Positions 10,398 through 19,676 of a DNA stretch of 23,377 bases are shown piece after piece; position 1 is the first letter of the stretch, and each line of letters begins with the position of its first letter. The notes below the pieces were generated by a model that saw only the letters and a program-made list of their open reading frames with translations, ran no database searches and had not been told where the DNA came from. Source of the stretch: Kofleriaceae bacterium (lineage in GTDB: Bacteria; Myxococcota_A; Polyangia; Haliangiales; Haliangiaceae). A program made the translations under genes and the position numbers. The DNA lies in NCBI GenBank assembly GCA_046597055.1, contig JBKJLC010000220.1, positions 1 through 23,377 of the forward strand, in the 5' to 3' direction.

Positions 10398-11492
10398 TCA
10401 GCTGCCCTTCTCGGCGTCGCGCACCAGGCGCATGAGGGTCGTGTAGCCGCCCTCGCCGCCCTTCTGCTCGGCGTACCGGTGCGTGCAGCCCTGCACGAGG
10501 TACTTGCCGTTGAAGCGATCGGTCGGGGTGTCCTGGTTCACCGTGATCTTGACGACGATGCCGGCCTTGACCTTGTTGTTGCCCATCGCCTCCGCCTCGG
10601 CGGTCAGGTAGCTCATCGCCAGCTCGCCCAGCCGCGACTTCGCGATCGCGTCGGCTTCTTCCTTGGACGCGATCGGGCTGTCGACGGTGAAGGTCAACAC
10701 CTCGCCGAAGTCGCTGAGCGAGGCCGCGCCATTGCTCGAGCCGAGGGGCGAGCTCGCCGCCGACGCCTCGCCCACGATCTCCTTCTTCTTCTCGGGATCC
10801 CAGCCGCGGACGGTGACCTTCTTCACGACCTGCGCGTTGGACAGCCGGCCGTGGAACGACTTCAGCTTCTGCGCGGCGTCCTTGTCGAGCTTGAACTCGA
10901 GGCCAGAGTCCTCACCGAGCTTGGGCGCGTCGAAGAACAGCTTGTCGTCCTCGCACCAGATCGCGAAGCCGAGCCGGGCCGCGCGCGTGCGCAGGAACTC
11001 GATCGACGACTGATTGTGGCGATAGACGTGCTTGTGCGTGATCTTCGGCGACGAGCCGCAGGTCGCGGTCAGCCCGTGTTCCTGGGCGATCGCGCTGACG
11101 ATGTCCTGGTCACTCTGGTCCTGGTACGTCTTCGAGGCCCGGCCGCGAGTGAGCTTGTGCAGCTTGTCGTAGGCGCGGAGGACGATCTTGCTCTCGCCGC
11201 CCTGCTTGTAGGTCGGCTCGATCCCGACCAGCAGCCCCTTGAAGATGGTGGGCTTGGCGCCGGCACCGGTCCCGTCCTCGCTGTTGCGGGTGTCACCGCC
11301 GACCTTCACCTCGACCGGCTGGCCCGGCTTGTACTTGTCGTTGTAGACGTGGTTCTGGTTGCGCAGCGAGACGACGCACATCCTCGGCATGTTGAGGTCG
11401 TGATCGACCACGAACCCCACGACGTCGCCGTCAGGGATCTCGGCCCCATTCACCAGCACATCGAAGTCTACGGTCGCCGCAGTGTTGCTCAC
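10398..11492 (-). CDS. Baseplate hub, phage late control D / gp27-like (VgrG N-terminal, Afp8-like) (364 aa)
   Basis: LRAYDKLHKLTRG, QSSIEFLRTRAARLGF, VTVRGWDPEKK and RFNGKYLVQGCTHRY motifs. GTG start with GAGGTG RBS. Confidence 0.92.
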   Translation of the reverse strand: MSNTAATVDFDVLVNGAEIPDGDVVGFVVDHDLNMPRMCVVSLRNQNHVYNDKYKPGQPVEVKVGGDTRNSEDGTGAGAKPTIFKGLLVGIEPTYKQGGESKIVLRAYDKLHKLTRGRASKTYQDQSDQDIVSAIAQEHGLTATCGSSPKITHKHVYRHNQSSIEFLRTRAARLGFAIWCEDDKLFFDAPKLGEDSGLEFKLDKDAAQKLKSFHGRLSNAQVVKKVTVRGWDPEKKKEIVGEASAASSPLGSSNGAASLSDFGEVLTFTVDSPIASKEEADAIAKSRLGELAMSYLTAEAEAMGNNKVKAGIVVKITVNQDTPTDRFNGKYLVQGCTHRYAEQKGGEGGYTTLMRLVRDAEKGS

Positions 11493-11529
11493 AGAATCAC
11501 CTCGCCTGAGATCGAACCCACCGGCTCAG

Positions 11530-12006
11530 TCACTTCTTCTTGAACGAGGCCCGGCTGGCTTCTTTGATCTTCACGTTGCAGGTAGCGCGCACCGGCGTGC
11601 CGTCGGGGAGGAACATCGTGTACTTGGTGCCGACCGACTCGATCACGCCCTCGAAGACCGGCAGGATGCCGGCGCCCCACCGGACCTGGACCCGGGTGGG
11701 ACGCTTCCTGTCCTCGGTCCCGTTGGGGTCCATCACCATCGCCAGCGACAGCAGCCTGGCGACGTGGGTGGAGTGGACGTCGATCCCGAGCTCGTAGGTG
11801 TCGAACATGAGCTCGAACGACATCGACCGGCCCTCGGCACCGCTGAACTCGACGTGGGGCTGATCCGACTTCGAGTCCTTGTGCTTGGACCACGGCACCG
11901 ACTTGTCGACCTGGACCTCCTTCGGGTTGTACTGCGCGATGACCTCGACGTCGTTGTCCAGCCCGATGATGGTGACCTTGGTCGTCGGCGTGAAGGTGAT
12001 GCTCAT
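11530..12006 (-). CDS. CIS tube-initiator protein (Afp7-like N-terminal domain, no LysM) (158 aa)
   Basis: QYNPKEV, SFELMFDTYE, RPTRVQVRWG, FEGVIESV..KYTMFLPDGTPVRATCNVKIKE. Its ATG overlaps the upstream stop (ATGA). Confidence 0.9.
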   Translation of the reverse strand: MSITFTPTTKVTIIGLDNDVEVIAQYNPKEVQVDKSVPWSKHKDSKSDQPHVEFSGAEGRSMSFELMFDTYELGIDVHSTHVARLLSLAMVMDPNGTEDRKRPTRVQVRWGAGILPVFEGVIESVGTKYTMFLPDGTPVRATCNVKIKEASRASFKKK

Positions 12007-15000
12007 TGGAACGGGTCCCCGCTGCGCTCACGCGCGATGTCGATGAGTTTCAGCACCTCGAGGTAGACCTCGTGCGCCAGCTTGTCGATGTTAGGCTTCT
12101 CGCCGTCCTGCGCGCCGCGGGCCCCACCACCGGCCGGCGCAGCCGACGCCGGCGTCGATGAGGCGCCGCGGGTCGCCGCCGCGATCGCGCGCGACGGCGT
12201 GGCGGTCACCAGCACCAGCTCCGCGAGCGACATGCCGCTCCCTGGATTGCTCGCGTCGAGCATGCGGCGCGCCGCCGACTCGAACCACGCCGGGATCTCC
12301 GGCTCGTTACCGCCGACCTGGCTGAAGGTCCGCCCCGGCCGCGCCATCGCCTGCCTGGGCGCGGACGCCGACGCGCTGCTGGTATCGACATAGACCGGCG
12401 CCTGGGCCCGGTCGGCCGCGCGCGAGCCGCTGCTGCGCTGGTCGTCGTAGCCGCCGGCGGTCGCCAGCTCGTGGCCGCTGGGCGCGACGAACGAGCCGAG
12501 CGACTCGCCCGCGCGGGCGGCGAGCCCGGCGAGCCCGGGCCGCATGTCGACATGGACGAAGTCGTCACCGGCGTCACCGTCGGTGGCCGCGCTGGCACGG
12601 GGCGCCACCACGTCGAGGCCACCGTCGTAGATCTGCGGCAGCACTGACCAAGCCGCGACCGCGCGGTCGCGTGCGCTGAGCTGGCCGCCGTCGCTGCGAG
12701 CGAGCATCGCCATCGCGCGGGCCGCGCGCGCCGACGGCGACAGCGACTGGCCCTCGCTCGACTGCGCGAGCGCGACGTAGATCGCCTGGAAGCGGGCGCG
12801 CACCTCGGCGACCGCACCGGGGCCGGTCCAGGCGGCGCCCTCGTCGGCATCGGGTGCACCGGCGCCCTCGGCGGTCGCGCGAGCGACCCGCTCGGCGGCC
12901 GTGCGCGGGCGCAGCGTCTCGAGGAACGGGGCGGTTCCAGCCGGCGCGCTGCCGTCGGGACCCGCGGCGGACGGCGACGCGGGCGAGCCTGCCGCCTGAG
13001 CCGTCGCGCCGGAGGCGGCCAGCGCCGTCGGCGCGACGATCGGCCCGCCGGCGCCGCGGATGATGTTGCTGATCGCGGCCTGGTCGGCGCTCGGGAACGC
13101 GGTGACCCAGGTGCCGAGATCCGCGACCGCGGCTGCGGCGAGCAGCTCGAGCGCGACGATCGGCATGCCCGCCACGCCGTCGGGCGACAGCGCCTTCAGG
13201 CCGAGCGCCGCGACCGTGGCCGCCGGCCACAAGAACGCGCCGCGCGGCAGACGGCTCGAGGCGCCGGGCGCGCCCGGCATCGCTGGCATGTCCGACCACG
13301 CGACATCGACGTCCGTACCCGACGGTGCGGTCGCGAGCGGGCCGGCGCCGCCGGCCGGCGCGGAGGCACCGGGCCCTGCAGTACCCGGGGCGAGCGACGA
13401 CGTCGACGAGGTGCCGGTGAGCTGCTCGAACCGGATCGGCTCGCCGGCCGCGTCGGCCGGCGACGCCTGGGTGGCGCGCGGTGCCGGGCCACCCGCACCG
13501 GCCTGCTGGCCGTGCAGCTGGGAGGACTGCTGGGCCTGCGCCTGCTGGAACGTGCGCAAGAACGTCAGGTCGAGCGAGGTCGCCAGGCTGGCCATCGCGC
13601 CCGGTCCCGCGACCGCGAGGCGCGTCGCCTGCGCGGCGGCCGCCGGCGTCAAGCCGTATACCTTCGCCGCGAGCACCATCTCGGGCGCGACGAAGTCGAA
13701 CGACAGGTCCGCCGACGCGCGCTCCTCGGCCACCGACCACGCCAGCGCGCTCTCGGCGAGCGCGCCGGGACGACCGGCGGAGATCTGCGGCGACGGCGCG
13801 TGCATGCTGGCGGCCCCGGTGGCGAGCTCACCCGCGATGCCCGAGACCGAGCTCGCCATGCCGGCCGCACCGGCGACGGGCGACATGCCAGGCATGCCCG
13901 GCATCATGGCGGTGGTCGCGTTCGGGGTCGTCGCGCCCGAGACCGACGGAAGCGGCAACGCCGGGGCGCGGCGTGCCAGCACCGACGCCGTCGCCGGAGC
14001 GCCCTCCGCGTCGACATCGAGATCCGGCGTCCCGGGGAACGACCAGGCCGGGGCGCTCATCAGCGGCCGGTAGCCGGCGTGCGCGAGCGGCGCGGAGGTC
14101 ACGTCGGACGCGGCGAGCAGCGCCGAGCGCAGCGCCAGGAGTTCCGGCTCGAGGTTCGCGCGCTCGACTGGACGAAGCGCCGCATCGGCCGCGGCCACCG
14201 CAGCAGCCACGCCCGGTGCATCGGCGCCAGCGGCCGCATCTGCCGCATCGGCGGTCGCCGGCGTCGCCGGCGTCGCCGCGAGCTCGGCCTGCACCTCGCG
14301 AGGCTCGCGCGTCACCGCGTCGCGCATCAGGCGCGCGGTCTCGGCGCGAGACACCCCGGTCGGAGCACCCGCAGGCGCCAGGACCGGCTGGTCCGGGCTC
14401 ACGACCTGGCGCTCACCCGCCGCGAGCTGGACGGCGAGCCCCGCCGGGCTGTGATCCCAGGGGCGCGCGCCGCCACGGCGGAGCACGACGTCGACGTCAC
14501 CACCGGTCATCACCTGCGAGGGCGCCGCCTCGGCGACCCGCAGGCTCGCCGGAGTGATCGCCAGATCGCGGCGCGACCACGCGCGGGCCTCGGCCATCGC
14601 GGCGATGCCGCCGGGACCCGCGAAGGGCGTCGGCCCGCCGGGCCCGAACGGCGCACGACCCGTCGCGGGCGCGAGCGGCGAGACCACCGGCATCGACGGC
14701 GCGCCGGCGCCGAGCGCGCTCGGGGTGCCCGGTGCGAATCCGAACCCGGGGTCGAACCCAGCCCCCGGCCGGCCGGCGAACCCGGGCGCGGCGAACCCAC
14801 CCGCGCTGACCAGCGCCGCCGCGGTCGGCGCGCCGGTGAGCACGCCGATCGGCGCGGCCGAGCGGGCGAGCAGCCCGCCGAGGTACGCGGCGCTGACCCC
14901 CTCGGTGAACAGCGAGCGCGGATCGAACGTCGGGGCGACCGGCAGCGGCAGCACCCCGGCCATCGCCGGCGCCATCGGCGACGACGCGAGCCCGGGCGCG

Positions 15001-17087
15001 AGCCCGGCATCGGGCGCCGGCGGCGCCGCGATCGAGATCAGGTCGGCCATGGTCGGACGCGCGCCCCCACGGACCCGATCGGCCGCCGTCGCGCGGGGCG
15101 GCTCGGCCGCAGCCGCGGCGGCTGCAGCGGCGGCCGCGGCGCGGGCCACCGGCGAGACCGTCGGCGCCACGGGCGCGACCGACGCCGCGGCGATCGCAGC
15201 AAAGACGTCGTCCGAGACGGCCTCCCCGTCGTCGATGCGGAACGCGCGATCGGGCCGCGCGCCCGGGAACGACGGCCGCGCCGGCACCGGGCGGGCCTCG
15301 CCGGGCGCGACGAACGCGGATGCGGTGAGCGCATCGGCGAGCGTGCGCGATGCGATCGGCGGACGCAGATACACGGCCTCGGGCGCGTTCGGCGACCAGA
15401 CCCGGCCCTGCGGCGCGCTCTCGCTCTGCGCCACGTCGAGCGCGGCCAGCGCGACCGGCGACGCGCCGGCGAACCGGGCCAGCCAGCGATCGCTCCACGC
15501 GAGGTGATCTACCGCCTTGGCGCGATCGCCGGCGATCGACCCGAGCGCGGTCGCGGGCTGCGCCCACACCGGCGCGAAGCCACGCGCCGCCACCGCGGGC
15601 AGCGTCATCGCGCCGATCGGCGGCCGGTCGGCCTGCTCGGCCGCGGCGAGCGCGGGCATCGGAAACGAGCGAGCGGCCCGCGGCGCGGCGAGCGCGCCGG
15701 TCTCGGGGGCTGCCTCGGTCGCCGCCAGCATGCGCGCCATCGGATGACTGATCGCGTGCGACGCGCCGAGCGACATCACCAGGCCGCCAAGGCCAGCCGG
15801 CATCGCGACCCGCGGACCGGCCGCAGGCGCCAGGGTCGGGCCGGCCGCGGGCGCGTAGCTGCCGTCGGCACGGACGGTCGCCGCCGACGGCGACGCCGAG
15901 TGCAGCAGCAGATCGATCGCACGCAGGGCGCCGGACATGCGCGGCGACGCCGAGGCCGCGACCGCCAGGGAGCGCTCGGCCGCGGAGGCCGGCGCGGTCG
16001 TGGCGTCCGTCTCGCTCGAGCTCGAGCTCGACACGTCGGATGCGCTGGGGATCGCGGCCCCAGCCGACCCCGCCGAGGTCGGCTCCGTCATCGACGCCAC
16101 CGACGCATCCGCAGCCGCCGTCGGCGGCGCCGCATCGTGCCGGCGCTGCTGGTCGACCCGCGCGATCGCTTCCATCGCGGCCTGCATGGTCGCGCTCTGC
16201 TGCGCGGTCGCGGCGGCCGCGGGGCGGCTCGCCATCGAGTACGTCGACGGCGCCGGCGCGGACGTCGAGGTCGAGGGCGCATAGGTCGACGTCGACGGGG
16301 CGGCCGTCGACAGGGCCGACGGCGAGGTGCTCGCCTCCTCGAACGCCCGGGTCGCCGCCGGCGCCCACGGGCTCGGCGCCTCGGCCCGGCGCGCGCTGGC
16401 GAGCGCCGCGGGCGTCACCATGGTCAGGCCGGCGACGATCGGCGAGCGGTCGGCCGCGGTCGACAGCCCGCTGCGGCTGGCCGCGCTGACCGCACCGGCG
16501 ATCACCTCGGCCGCCGACGCGGCAGCGAACGACACCGACGGGCTCCACGCACGCAGGCCGCGCTGCATCTGCCCCGCGCCGCTGTCGAGCGACGACACCA
16601 GCGCATCCTCGCGCGTCGCGACCGGCGGCATCGCCGGCCATCCGGCCGACAGCGACGGCGCGACCATCTCGGGTGCGATCATCGGCATCGCCACGTCGCG
16701 CGGCGACGAGTGCGTGCTCTCGTAGGTCCCGCGGGTCGTGAGGAACTGCGGGCGCGCCTCGGCACCCTGGCGAGCCGCCGCCATCCAGTCCAGCTCGTCC
16801 TGGAACCACGGACGCGGGAACAGCCACGACACCCCCGGCGCGTTGCGCTCGCCGAGCGGATTGCCCAGCATCTGCGCACCGCGCGACTGCATCGCGACGT
16901 TCATCCACGGCGACGCGACCCGGTCCGCGAACGCCAGCGAGCCGAGACCGCGCGAACGGGTCACCGCGGCACCTTCTGGCGCCCAGCGCTCGACGTGACG
17001 TTCGCTGGTGTGCAGCGCCGAACGCGTCGCCGCCCCCTGGAAGGCAGGTCCCGACAGCGCAGCGTTGAGGGCGCGGGTCTCGGTCAT
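12003..17087 (-). CDS. Very large Ala/Pro-rich eCIS protein (1694 aa), tape-measure / Afp6-position candidate
   Basis: Uninterrupted ORF between the tube and tube-initiator genes with a GGAG RBS and a coupled stop. The C-terminal PNIDKLAHEVYLEVLKLIDIARERSG resembles the motif ending proteins at this position in eCIS loci. Function is inferred. Confidence 0.75.
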   Translation of the reverse strand: MTETRALNAALSGPAFQGAATRSALHTSERHVERWAPEGAAVTRSRGLGSLAFADRVASPWMNVAMQSRGAQMLGNPLGERNAPGVSWLFPRPWFQDELDWMAAARQGAEARPQFLTTRGTYESTHSSPRDVAMPMIAPEMVAPSLSAGWPAMPPVATREDALVSSLDSGAGQMQRGLRAWSPSVSFAAASAAEVIAGAVSAASRSGLSTAADRSPIVAGLTMVTPAALASARRAEAPSPWAPAATRAFEEASTSPSALSTAAPSTSTYAPSTSTSAPAPSTYSMASRPAAAATAQQSATMQAAMEAIARVDQQRRHDAAPPTAAADASVASMTEPTSAGSAGAAIPSASDVSSSSSSETDATTAPASAAERSLAVAASASPRMSGALRAIDLLLHSASPSAATVRADGSYAPAAGPTLAPAAGPRVAMPAGLGGLVMSLGASHAISHPMARMLAATEAAPETGALAAPRAARSFPMPALAAAEQADRPPIGAMTLPAVAARGFAPVWAQPATALGSIAGDRAKAVDHLAWSDRWLARFAGASPVALAALDVAQSESAPQGRVWSPNAPEAVYLRPPIASRTLADALTASAFVAPGEARPVPARPSFPGARPDRAFRIDDGEAVSDDVFAAIAAASVAPVAPTVSPVARAAAAAAAAAAAAEPPRATAADRVRGGARPTMADLISIAAPPAPDAGLAPGLASSPMAPAMAGVLPLPVAPTFDPRSLFTEGVSAAYLGGLLARSAAPIGVLTGAPTAAALVSAGGFAAPGFAGRPGAGFDPGFGFAPGTPSALGAGAPSMPVVSPLAPATGRAPFGPGGPTPFAGPGGIAAMAEARAWSRRDLAITPASLRVAEAAPSQVMTGGDVDVVLRRGGARPWDHSPAGLAVQLAAGERQVVSPDQPVLAPAGAPTGVSRAETARLMRDAVTREPREVQAELAATPATPATADAADAAAGADAPGVAAAVAAADAALRPVERANLEPELLALRSALLAASDVTSAPLAHAGYRPLMSAPAWSFPGTPDLDVDAEGAPATASVLARRAPALPLPSVSGATTPNATTAMMPGMPGMSPVAGAAGMASSVSGIAGELATGAASMHAPSPQISAGRPGALAESALAWSVAEERASADLSFDFVAPEMVLAAKVYGLTPAAAAQATRLAVAGPGAMASLATSLDLTFLRTFQQAQAQQSSQLHGQQAGAGGPAPRATQASPADAAGEPIRFEQLTGTSSTSSLAPGTAGPGASAPAGGAGPLATAPSGTDVDVAWSDMPAMPGAPGASSRLPRGAFLWPAATVAALGLKALSPDGVAGMPIVALELLAAAAVADLGTWVTAFPSADQAAISNIIRGAGGPIVAPTALAASGATAQAAGSPASPSAAGPDGSAPAGTAPFLETLRPRTAAERVARATAEGAGAPDADEGAAWTGPGAVAEVRARFQAIYVALAQSSEGQSLSPSARAARAMAMLARSDGGQLSARDRAVAAWSVLPQIYDGGLDVVAPRASAATDGDAGDDFVHVDMRPGLAGLAARAGESLGSFVAPSGHELATAGGYDDQRSSGSRAADRAQAPVYVDTSSASASAPRQAMARPGRTFSQVGGNEPEIPAWFESAARRMLDASNPGSGMSLAELVLVTATPSRAIAAATRGASSTPASAAPAGGGARGAQDGEKPNIDKLAHEVYLEVLKLIDIARERSGDPFQ

Positions 17088-17115
17088 GGTGTCTCCGGTA
17101 CGAGTGCCAGCTCGC

Positions 17116-17580
17116 TCAGCCGAACGTCAGGCCCTCGTGGGCGATCTCGAGCGTCTCGATCGAGATCTCGTTCTTCGAGGCGTCGAGCTCCGAGAGCTCC
17201 CACTTCACCGGCCAGCCGCGGGTGAAGGTCCACTTGGCCTTCGCCGTCGTGTCGTTCGGATTGGTGCCGAGCTGCTCGATCGTCCCGGACACGCGCACCT
17301 TGGTTCCAGCCGGGGCCAACCACAGCTCGCGCCATGCGATGAGCTCGGCCCCGCCGAACCCCCGCTTGAGGACGAGGTTCTTCCACTTGGTGGCGCCGAC
17401 CAGCTTGTGGGTCGAGTTGTTGACCCCGCCCTCGCGGTAGTCGACCACCTCGGTCTCGTAGGACAGACCGCCCACGCTCTTGAAGAAGCCGGTGACCTCG
17501 CTCAACCCGGTCACGCCCACGATGGTGACCTTGAAGCAGAAGGCGAGGAAGGGGTCGCGGCGGTCGGACGGGTTGGCCAT
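17116..17580 (-). CDS. T4 gp19-like tail tube protein (Afp1/Afp5 family) (154 aa)
   Basis: RDPFLAFCFKVTI, YREGGVN...KLVG..KW.NLVLKRG, WTF..GWPVKW...ELDASKNEISIETLEIAHEGL. AGGAG RBS. Confidence 0.95.
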   Translation of the reverse strand: MANPSDRRDPFLAFCFKVTIVGVTGLSEVTGFFKSVGGLSYETEVVDYREGGVNNSTHKLVGATKWKNLVLKRGFGGAELIAWRELWLAPAGTKVRVSGTIEQLGTNPNDTTAKAKWTFTRGWPVKWELSELDASKNEISIETLEIAHEGLTFG

Positions 17581-17602
17581 GTTCGGGTGACTCCTGGAGC
17601 GC

Positions 17603-19387
17603 TCAACCAGCAGCGGGGGTATTCATCTCTTGCACCATCGACACCATGATGAACTCGGTCGGGGAGACCGGGGCCACACCGATGTCGCAGATCAAGATCC
17701 CGTTATCGATGTTCTCGAGCGGGTTCGTCTCTGCATCGCATTTTACGAAGAACGCGTCCTCACCCTTCCCTCCGGCGAGCATCCCGCGCTTCCAGAGCCC
17801 GGTCAGGAACTCGGCCACGGTGCGCTGGACGTAGTCCCATGTAGGATAGTTGTTGGGCTCGAACGTGACCCAGGCGAACCCCGACTCGAGGCTGCGCCGC
17901 AGCATGATGAACAGGCGTCGGACGGTCAGGTAGCGCCACTCCGGGTCGCTCGAGGCGGTCCGGGCCCCCCAGGGCCGTACCCCGCGCTGGATCCGGAAGG
18001 TGTTGACCGCGTCGTGGTTCAGGAGGCCGAGATCGTCCTCGCTGACCCGCAGGCTCAGGTCATCGGCGCCGACGAGCTCGACGTTTGCCGGCGAGACGTG
18101 GACCCCGTGCTCCTTGTCCTTGGCCCCGGCGACCCCGGTGACGTAGCCCGAGGGCGGCAGGTCACGCTGCACGCCCGCCACGGTCGTGCTCTTGATCCAC
18201 GGCCAGTAGTAGGCGCAGAAGGACGAGTCAGTCCGCCGGCGCCACGACTTGGCCCACTCGACCACCTGGTTCGGGGGCACCTGCTTCACCGGCGGGTGCG
18301 GGATGTCGAGGATCGCGAACCGGTCCTTCTGGTTCTCGCAGATCGCGATCATCTGGTCCTGGACCCGCTGGGCGCGCATCTCGCCCGCCGGCCCCGGCTC
18401 GCGCTGGTACAGCACCATCGCATCCGGGCAGGCCAGCATGGCGACCTCGTCGATCGCGGCCATCCCGAGCAGGCCCTTGCGCTCCGACGGCCCGAAGTCG
18501 ACGCCGACGAAGTCCTCGGGCGTGAGCTTCTCGGTGCCATCGCGACCGCCCGCCAGCTTGGTCAGCGGCAGCGACTCGGGCAGGTTGTGCGGCACCGGCG
18601 ACTTCGTGAGCAGGTCGTCGAGGCGCACCAGCCGTGACCGCTGCGAGACCACCCGCGGCGCGTAGTTGCGTGACAGCGGATGCATCTGGAGGCTCTTGAA
18701 GACCTCCTTGCGATCCTTGAGCGTCACGTGGAGGTCGAACTCGAGCACCTCCATGTGAGTCGGCGCCGCCGCTCGGTGACGGCGGTTGACCGGCGTCTCC
18801 TTGCCCCACTTGATGAGGCGGTCGCCGATCTCCGTCAGCACGACGTAGTCGGAGTTCTCGCGGTCGAAGATGCGGACCAGGCTGCCGACCTCGAAGCCAC
18901 GGGTCGACTTGACGTGGGCCTCGCCGGCCCCGATGTCGAGGTCGCGGGTCAAGAGCGTGCTGGCGCCGGTCTTGTGCTCGCACTTGACCCAGATGCTGTT
19001 GCCCCAGCGCCCCTCGTTGAGCGCGCGGATCTTGAGCGATGGCTTGCGCCAGTCGTCGACCTGGATGTGCTCGGCGCAGACCGCGTGGTCGAGGCCGATC
19101 GCCTCGTCGGCGGCCGGCATGTGCGCGATGCGCGTGATCCAGCACGGCCCGCCCCCGTTACGGAAGTGCGCGTAGACCGAATCGGACGTGTAGAACTCGT
19201 CGGCGTAGCCGAAGCCTTCGATGAACTCGTCCCAGTTGGCGACCCGAACCGGGTCGTTGATCGGCCCCTTCTGGGTCAGCCCGACGAAGCCGGTGACGCG
19301 GGTGTCCGCCACCTCGAGCATGGGACGCTCGGGCTCGCTGAACGTCGCGTACACGCCCGGGGCACGGTAGTCGGCAGCAGATCGCAT
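17603..19387 (-). CDS. Contractile tail sheath protein 2 (594 aa)
   Basis: YRAPGVY, GFVGLTQKGP, DRFAILDIP, YYWPW, PPSG, PAN, WGART..SDPEWRYLTVRRL, WVTFEPN, AFFVKCDAETNP, IGVAPVSPTEFI. Confidence 0.95.
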   Translation of the reverse strand: MRSAADYRAPGVYATFSEPERPMLEVADTRVTGFVGLTQKGPINDPVRVANWDEFIEGFGYADEFYTSDSVYAHFRNGGGPCWITRIAHMPAADEAIGLDHAVCAEHIQVDDWRKPSLKIRALNEGRWGNSIWVKCEHKTGASTLLTRDLDIGAGEAHVKSTRGFEVGSLVRIFDRENSDYVVLTEIGDRLIKWGKETPVNRRHRAAAPTHMEVLEFDLHVTLKDRKEVFKSLQMHPLSRNYAPRVVSQRSRLVRLDDLLTKSPVPHNLPESLPLTKLAGGRDGTEKLTPEDFVGVDFGPSERKGLLGMAAIDEVAMLACPDAMVLYQREPGPAGEMRAQRVQDQMIAICENQKDRFAILDIPHPPVKQVPPNQVVEWAKSWRRRTDSSFCAYYWPWIKSTTVAGVQRDLPPSGYVTGVAGAKDKEHGVHVSPANVELVGADDLSLRVSEDDLGLLNHDAVNTFRIQRGVRPWGARTASSDPEWRYLTVRRLFIMLRRSLESGFAWVTFEPNNYPTWDYVQRTVAEFLTGLWKRGMLAGGKGEDAFFVKCDAETNPLENIDNGILICDIGVAPVSPTEFIMVSMVQEMNTPAAG

Positions 19388-19429
19388 GGCTTCCCTCTTC
19401 GACGAACGCAGACGCGAGACAACGTAGCG

Positions 19430-19452
19430 ACCTGTCCGGCACCCGGACAGGT
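19430..19452. promoter_or_regulatory. Perfect 10-bp intergenic hairpin
   Basis: acctgtccgg-cac-ccggacaggt lies between the DUF6760-like stop and sheath 2. No U-tract follows it. Confidence 0.5.
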
Positions 19453-19493
19453 GGCAGGAAGCGGTCAGAATTCAGGGCGGCGGTCGGAGGCGG

Positions 19494-19676
19494 CTACTGG
19501 CGGCGGGCTTCGTTGATCTCGCGGTTGATGCGCGCGATCTCGCGGAGCCAGGTGTGCCGTTCCTCATGTTCCATATCGAGTACCGAGTCGAGCGGCCAGT
19601 GGAAGTGATAGGCGATGTACGCCATCTCCTGGTAAAGCTGCTCACGCGGATACGTCGCGACCGCCGCCCAGACTAC
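19494..19676 (-). CDS. DUF6760-like tail chaperone second module (gpT-like), probably reached by -1 frameshift from the upstream gene; absent from the ORF track
   Basis: Frame reads VVWAAVATYPREQLYQEMAYIAYHFHWPLDSVLDMEHEERHTWLREIARINREINEARRQ*. It is open from 19700, but the first ATG/GTG/TTG (19625) lies inside the conserved motif. Confidence 0.8.
   Translation of the reverse strand, partial: VVWAAVATYPREQLYQEMAYIAYHFHWPLDSVLDMEHEERHTWLREIARINREINEARRQ

Noticed and set aside
19494..19625. Independent 43-aa gene starting at ATG 19625
   Set aside because: It would omit the YPREQLYQE part of the family motif and has no well-spaced RBS. A frameshift fusion explains the sequence better, though this is not proven.
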